IMG/VR virus record: IMGVR_UViG_3300031707_000001
Location: 146,733-210,732 of that record
Length of the DNA: 64,000 nt
Reading direction: 5' to 3' (one strand)
The position numbers were made by a program, and so were the translations under genes. Numbering within the stretch: the stretch's first letter is position 1; each line of letters starts with the position of its first letter. Under the pieces are notes generated by a model that did no database searches, was not told where the DNA came from, and was given only the letters and a program-made list of their open reading frames with translations. Shown here in pieces: positions 59,441-64,000 of this stretch.

Positions 59441-60243
59441 ACATTGACAATTTAGCAGTGATTTACCTGACCACAGAGGTCAATCGGGAACGTATTGACC
59501 AAGACCCACCTCAGTTACCTTTTGAGCCTGAGAATTCAATGGCCGAGCAGAACCTTCGTGACAGCGTAAAAGTTTCGGCTTACCAATTCGATTACTACAA
59601 AGACATTATTCAGTGTTCCATTCTGTGGCAGAACAAGTATTACCATTTCATGTATTGCGACGATCATGAGATTCCCAATCGTAAACTAGATGAAGATTGG
59701 AGAAGCATTCATGTCGTTGATTTCGAAAAGGATCTTGTCTGCGAAGTATCTGCTCTTGTCAATACGATGTTTCCAACCGCCAAGGGAGGCTATTCTCTTG
59801 GCGGTGGAACCGTTGCTGGCTGGGAGTTGACTACCAAGACGTGGCCAATCCTGATTAACAAGGCATTCGGTTATGGCTGTGTAATGTCCCAAACGGTAAT
59901 CACCGATCCAATGAAGAAGTACACTACAACAAACTGTTTACTGGATATTACTACAATCTATACCCAAGGTGCATCGCCGACCATGCGCCGCTTGCCGTCA
60001 CTGGCTGATACGCTGAAGTATTGGGGATTTACAGATATTGAATTCCCCACACCAGGCGAAATCAAGGAAGGTATATGCCGTGATCCCATCATTGCGGCGC
60101 ACAAGGTCGAACTATATCTTCTGGCCATGGAAGGCGTTGTCCGTCAATACTGTGGATACGAAATGCGGGGTGATATTCACCCCTTAGTAAAAGAGGTGCT
60201 CAATGCCCAAGAACGAAACGGAAAAGACAGCATTAACAGCTGA
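59431..60243 (+). CDS. Hypothetical protein, possibly a degenerate 3'-5' exonuclease fold
   Basis: VAGW, LLDI and SLADTLKYWG resemble DEDD-family spacing, but the acidic residues are unclear. Confidence 0.35.
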   Translation: MQIDIDNLAVIYLTTEVNRERIDQDPPQLPFEPENSMAEQNLRDSVKVSAYQFDYYKDIIQCSILWQNKYYHFMYCDDHEIPNRKLDEDWRSIHVVDFEKDLVCEVSALVNTMFPTAKGGYSLGGGTVAGWELTTKTWPILINKAFGYGCVMSQTVITDPMKKYTTTNCLLDITTIYTQGASPTMRRLPSLADTLKYWGFTDIEFPTPGEIKEGICRDPIIAAHKVELYLLAMEGVVRQYCGYEMRGDIHPLVKEVLNAQERNGKDSINS

Positions 60244-60397
60244 AGACGTTGCAAAACTGCGTATCCAATTGCAGGATGCAACCAAACGTCAGCAAGAAGC
60301 AGAAGCAGCCAAGAAACGGGATGCCACGCTTCATCGGGAAAACATCGGCGCCATCAAGGGCGAGATTACCGAGATCATGGCACAATTGGAAGCATAG
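60203..60397 (+). CDS. Small coiled-coil protein
   Basis: GAGG RBS. Confidence 0.6.
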   Translation: MPKNETEKTALTAEDVAKLRIQLQDATKRQQEAEAAKKRDATLHRENIGAIKGEITEIMAQLEA

Positions 60398-60399
60398 TC

Positions 60400-60984
60400 A
60401 TGAAATCAAACCTTCGGATCGTCGGGTTAGGATATCAGATCGGTGCTGGCAAGGATACCGCTGCTGATATACTTTGCAGCGAGTTTGGTTATACAAAGAT
60501 GCGGTTTGCGGATGCCCTTAAGGAAGCCGTTTCCACGATCTTTGGCTGGCCTCGTGAGAAGCTAGATGATCAGAAGTTCAAGGCTAAGGAAGATGCGTTC
60601 TGGGGGACAACCCCCAGAACCATCCTCCAACGTGTAGGCACTGAAGCCATGCGTCAGCAAATACGTGATGACGTGTGGATCAAGGCCTTAGAACTTCGGA
60701 TCAAGAACTTCAAGAAAGGCAAACTATTGCCTTGGATTGTTATCCCCGACGTGCGGTTCCTCAACGAGGTGCAAGCAGTCAAGGAATGGGGTGGAATTGT
60801 TGTCAGAATACGTCGGCCGAACAATGAGCATACACCTATTGACCTGGCACAAAATAGACATGCCAGTGAAACCGAGCTTGATAGCTACGAAGGCTGGGAT
60901 GCGACATTGGATAATTCTGAAGGGTTGGCCTACTTCATTAAACTGGTGCGTGCATGGCACCGAGCAAGGTATCCGAACAAATGA
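60400..60984 (+). CDS. Deoxynucleoside monophosphate kinase (T4 gp1-like)
   Basis: GAGKDT, FADALK, PRTILQRVGTE, PDVRFLNE and HASET motifs. Confidence 0.9.
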   Translation: MKSNLRIVGLGYQIGAGKDTAADILCSEFGYTKMRFADALKEAVSTIFGWPREKLDDQKFKAKEDAFWGTTPRTILQRVGTEAMRQQIRDDVWIKALELRIKNFKKGKLLPWIVIPDVRFLNEVQAVKEWGGIVVRIRRPNNEHTPIDLAQNRHASETELDSYEGWDATLDNSEGLAYFIKLVRAWHRARYPNK

Positions 60985-61634
60985 AACAAAGAATTCAAAG
61001 TGCGTTATCTGACTGGTTCTGCCTATGGCTCGTAATGATCATGCTGGGCAGCTCCTGGGCAGCTGAAATAGCAACCAATTATTGGACTGGTGAAGCCACA
61101 GCATCAAACGGCCCGGTATACAATTATGGTTATGTTACCAATTGGGTGATGATGCTTCCCGTTAAAGAGAAGATGGTTATTGTCACCAACGTGACTGAAA
61201 AGACCAACGAACGTGGTTGTAGCACCTGTAAGGCGTTAGAGGATAACCCGGGGCTATGCATTTACCATCCGTTTCATTTGGGTGGCTTGCCCTATGTTCC
61301 GGCGACAGAAAAGCTGACGACGACCATTGTCAAAGAGGTCTATACGTTGGAACTTGAATGGCGGGGTAAACCCTGGACACAAACGGATGAGAAGGTATTG
61401 TCCAAGACCTACAAAAAGATTGCATTATCCAACACTTGGATAGACGTAGAACCCAATGTGGCTGATACGAATGAAAATGCCATCATGTTATACTGGGGAA
61501 CAAATGCAGTCCTGTTGACTCCTGATAGTACGAATCTGTGGTTCTATCCCTCTTCAAATTGGGTGCAGATAGGCGTAATGACCAATATGATACTTACCGC
61601 CACGAACAATACCATAGACGTGTTAGGCAAATAA
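60981..61634 (+). CDS. Secreted or membrane-anchored hypothetical protein
   Basis: Hydrophobic N-terminus ending SWA; TN-rich. Confidence 0.55.
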   Translation: MKQRIQSALSDWFCLWLVMIMLGSSWAAEIATNYWTGEATASNGPVYNYGYVTNWVMMLPVKEKMVIVTNVTEKTNERGCSTCKALEDNPGLCIYHPFHLGGLPYVPATEKLTTTIVKEVYTLELEWRGKPWTQTDEKVLSKTYKKIALSNTWIDVEPNVADTNENAIMLYWGTNAVLLTPDSTNLWFYPSSNWVQIGVMTNMILTATNNTIDVLGK

Positions 61635-61661
61635 TGAATACAATTTACATATACTTAGTAC

Positions 61662-61690
61662 TTGACCTAATTTCTTAACTAAAGTATATT
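61662..61690 (+). promoter_or_regulatory. Sigma70-type promoter of the HNH gene
   Basis: TTGACC-17 bp-TATATT. Confidence 0.6.
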
Positions 61691-61712
61691 TGAGTCGTAA
61701 TAGGAGACTCAA

Positions 61713-62387
61713 ATGAAAACTGGTACAAGTTTAGTTGGACAAAAGTTTGGTAACTGGACAGTCGTACAATTAGCTTCAACGAGTGGACGCCAATCAATTC
61801 ACACATGGTTATGTAGATGTGCTTGTGGCAAACGGGCTAAAATTCCTACATTTCAACTAACATCGGGACGATCATCTTGTTGTCGTTCTTGTGGTCACGA
61901 AAAACGAGTAAATAATCTATTAGGGCAAACATTTGGATCTTGGACCGTAATCAGACGAGCAAAACAGATAAATCGCAAACGAGGAGCTTATTGGTTTTGT
62001 CGATGTAGTTGTGGTGCAACTCGATCGCTAACGGCAGGAACACTACGACACGGAAAAAGAAGCAAGTGTCGAAAATGTTTTAGACCTGGAAAATACATAG
62101 CCGCCGATGGTTATGTTATGCTTTGGAATCCAAAACACGTTAACGTACGTAAAAGCGGTTATGTACTTGAACATGTTGCAATAATGTCAAATCGTTTAAG
62201 AAGGCCTTTGCTTAAAGAAGAAACAGTACACCACAAAAACGGTATTCGACACGATAACCGCTTATGCAATTTGGAGTTGTGGACATGCAGACATCCTGGT
62301 GGACAACGAACAAAGGATATAGTTCAGTTCTGTCGACAGCAGCTAATGCTGTATGCACCTGCATTGCTGAGGAATCAAAATGAATAA
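61713..62387 (+). CDS. Free-standing HNH homing endonuclease
   Basis: Two GQxFGxWTV...WxCRCxCG repeats; HHKNGIRHDNRLCNLELW. Confidence 0.9.
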   Translation: MKTGTSLVGQKFGNWTVVQLASTSGRQSIHTWLCRCACGKRAKIPTFQLTSGRSSCCRSCGHEKRVNNLLGQTFGSWTVIRRAKQINRKRGAYWFCRCSCGATRSLTAGTLRHGKRSKCRKCFRPGKYIAADGYVMLWNPKHVNVRKSGYVLEHVAIMSNRLRRPLLKEETVHHKNGIRHDNRLCNLELWTCRHPGGQRTKDIVQFCRQQLMLYAPALLRNQNE

Positions 62388-62772
62388 ATTAGCAGGACTA
62401 GACAAAAATGATTGTCTGTTATGGCAGGATACAAGCGGCTATCCTTTACCCGGGACCATCGTTCCCTGTTTGCTTTGTACCAAACCGTTCCTGATGCGGT
62501 TTTACTCTGGACCGCCCGACCAGGTGTGTCCCGAATGCTGGGAAACGTACAAAGACTCGGCCAGGGTAATTTGTGCCAAGTGCAAAGTTACAATCTGTCG
62601 TGTGGTACCTAAAGTACTGGACAGCGGATTCTACATACGCCCACGGGGTGTTTATCATTCGGATGCCTGCAACGTTTGCAGACCCGGACTTACAGAATCA
62701 AAAATCACGGAGATAACGGAATGGGAAAGAACAATGCGACCAAAGAAGATCGTTGTATCTGGGAAGGCGTAG
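62380..62772 (+). CDS. Multi-CxxC zinc-finger protein
   Basis: CLLC, CPEC, CAKC and CNVC pairs. Confidence 0.7.
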   Translation: MNKLAGLDKNDCLLWQDTSGYPLPGTIVPCLLCTKPFLMRFYSGPPDQVCPECWETYKDSARVICAKCKVTICRVVPKVLDSGFYIRPRGVYHSDACNVCRPGLTESKITEITEWERTMRPKKIVVSGKA

Positions 62773-62774
62773 CG

Positions 62775-63527
62775 ATGCATGCCGCAGCTTGTGCGTGTTT
62801 TGCGGGCATTGAGGAATATGATCGCTTGATCTTACTGCTCAAAATGCTCGACATTCCTGAAAAGGAATTTCCAACCGAGAAACAGTTGGAGCACTTACGC
62901 TATCAGTTGCATAATCTCAGGTTGAACTTCTTGCATTGGTGGAAGAAAGACCAAACCATCTTGAGAAAACATCTGGCGTTTACGCTGCTTGTGCCCGGAG
63001 GAAAAGCCGGCCGTGCACGAACTGCTGTCAATGCTATATGCCATAAAGGATGGTTGGGGATTCCTCCTGGAATAGGGCCAAAACGTATAGCGGCATTGAT
63101 CAAATCCTATGTGCGTTTCCACAACGTAAAGGCTAAACGTCTATGTGATGTGATGCTACACAAGTTCTTCCGGTTGGTAGAGACAATTCATCTGAATCCC
63201 GATCGTATAAAAGTCATACACGACTACATCCTGAAAAACATCAAGGGGTTGGGGAAGAAAGCTACAGCCCATTTCATGAGAAATACGGGGTTACGCACGG
63301 ATCGTTTTGCGTATCCGATTATTGACGTGCATATTTACAAGGTTCTGGAAAAGTTGAAGCTTCCGCATGGAACGTATGCTCAGGCTGAACAATCGTTCTG
63401 GACTTTGGCCAATATGGTTTTAATGGACACCATTTTGTTGGATGCAACACTATGGTGCATTTACTCACGGAATTGGGACTTTACCAATTCTGATTTCGAC
63501 AACTTCGGATACAACAACCAACAGTAA
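62775..63527 (+). CDS. HhH-GPD DNA glycosylase, Ogg-like (8-oxoguanine)
   Basis: NIKGLGKKATAHFMRNTG and PIIDVHI (catalytic K and D). Confidence 0.75.
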   Translation: MHAAACACFAGIEEYDRLILLLKMLDIPEKEFPTEKQLEHLRYQLHNLRLNFLHWWKKDQTILRKHLAFTLLVPGGKAGRARTAVNAICHKGWLGIPPGIGPKRIAALIKSYVRFHNVKAKRLCDVMLHKFFRLVETIHLNPDRIKVIHDYILKNIKGLGKKATAHFMRNTGLRTDRFAYPIIDVHIYKVLEKLKLPHGTYAQAEQSFWTLANMVLMDTILLDATLWCIYSRNWDFTNSDFDNFGYNNQQ

Positions 63528-63540
63528 TAGGAGTACAGTA

Positions 63541-64000
63541 ATGAGTTCAAACGATGAGATCATGAAGCAAATTCAAAATCTAACCACGACAATGAACAGT
63601 CTGTTAAGCAAAGTCAACACGCCGGGGGATCCACCAGTCGTGGTGCCTGCACCAGCGGCTGAGGATAAGGATTCTCCACTATCGACTGACGAAAAGATGG
63701 TAGCCTTGTATGAGCAAGCCCCGAATATGGCAGAGTTCTGCAAGTATGCTAAAACGCAGTTTGGTTTCCAGCGCAACATTGCACGGGAACACTATCGGAA
63801 GCTTGTGGAAGATGCAGCCAAGAAGGCAGCCAAAGAACACGGCGAACTTAAAGCCTTTGAGTTGAAGCCAAAGGAAGAAAAGCCTCGGAGCATGACTGTA
63901 GCAGCGGCTCCAACTCCGGACGTGCTTTTCATAACTCAATGCCTGACTGAACTGGCTGAAGAGGTCCAAAAAGTTCTGGCCAAGGATGGTCAAATCCCGG
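63541..64000 (+). CDS. Hypothetical protein, 3'-truncated
   Basis: AGGAG RBS then MSSNDEIMKQ..., open to the window end. Confidence 0.65.
   Translation, partial: MSSNDEIMKQIQNLTTTMNSLLSKVNTPGDPPVVVPAPAAEDKDSPLSTDEKMVALYEQAPNMAEFCKYAKTQFGFQRNIAREHYRKLVEDAAKKAAKEHGELKAFELKPKEEKPRSMTVAAAPTPDVLFITQCLTELAEEVQKVLAKDGQIP

Noticed and set aside
1-64000. Alternative genetic code
   Set aside because: TAG, TGA and TAA all end genes that abut the next start, and coding density is high under code 11.

Overview
A 64-kb internal fragment of a large (jumbo-like) tailed dsDNA phage using the standard genetic code. No CRISPR array, tRNA, rRNA or integrase was seen. PATR autotransporter repeats and other secreted-protein styles suggest a PVC-superphylum host (inference). 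Layout: 1-4.4 kb tail/baseplate-like genes. 4.4-9.2 kb methyltransferase, glycosyltransferases and a moron. 9.2-17.6 kb a primase-like Zn-finger protein, homing endonucleases, putative virion proteins and a LigD-phosphoesterase/ATP-ligase fusion. 17.6-30.4 kb a block of mostly signal-peptide-bearing fibre/adhesin proteins ending in a papain-like protease. 30.7-32.4 kb terminase large subunit. 32.5-64 kb early and replication genes: RNase H, SbcCD, SF2 helicase, DnaB, primase, RecA, dNMP kinase, an Ogg-like glycosylase, and a UDG-fused family A polymerase split by two group I introns that each carry an HNH gene. The most notable items are a stand-alone RAMP/Cas7-like gene with no CRISPR context next to the helicase, several candidate structured RNAs, an HNH insertion that duplicates and recodes the ligase N-terminus, and tail-fibre-like proteins with signal peptides. 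All calls come from manual motif recognition and hand folding; no database searches were run.
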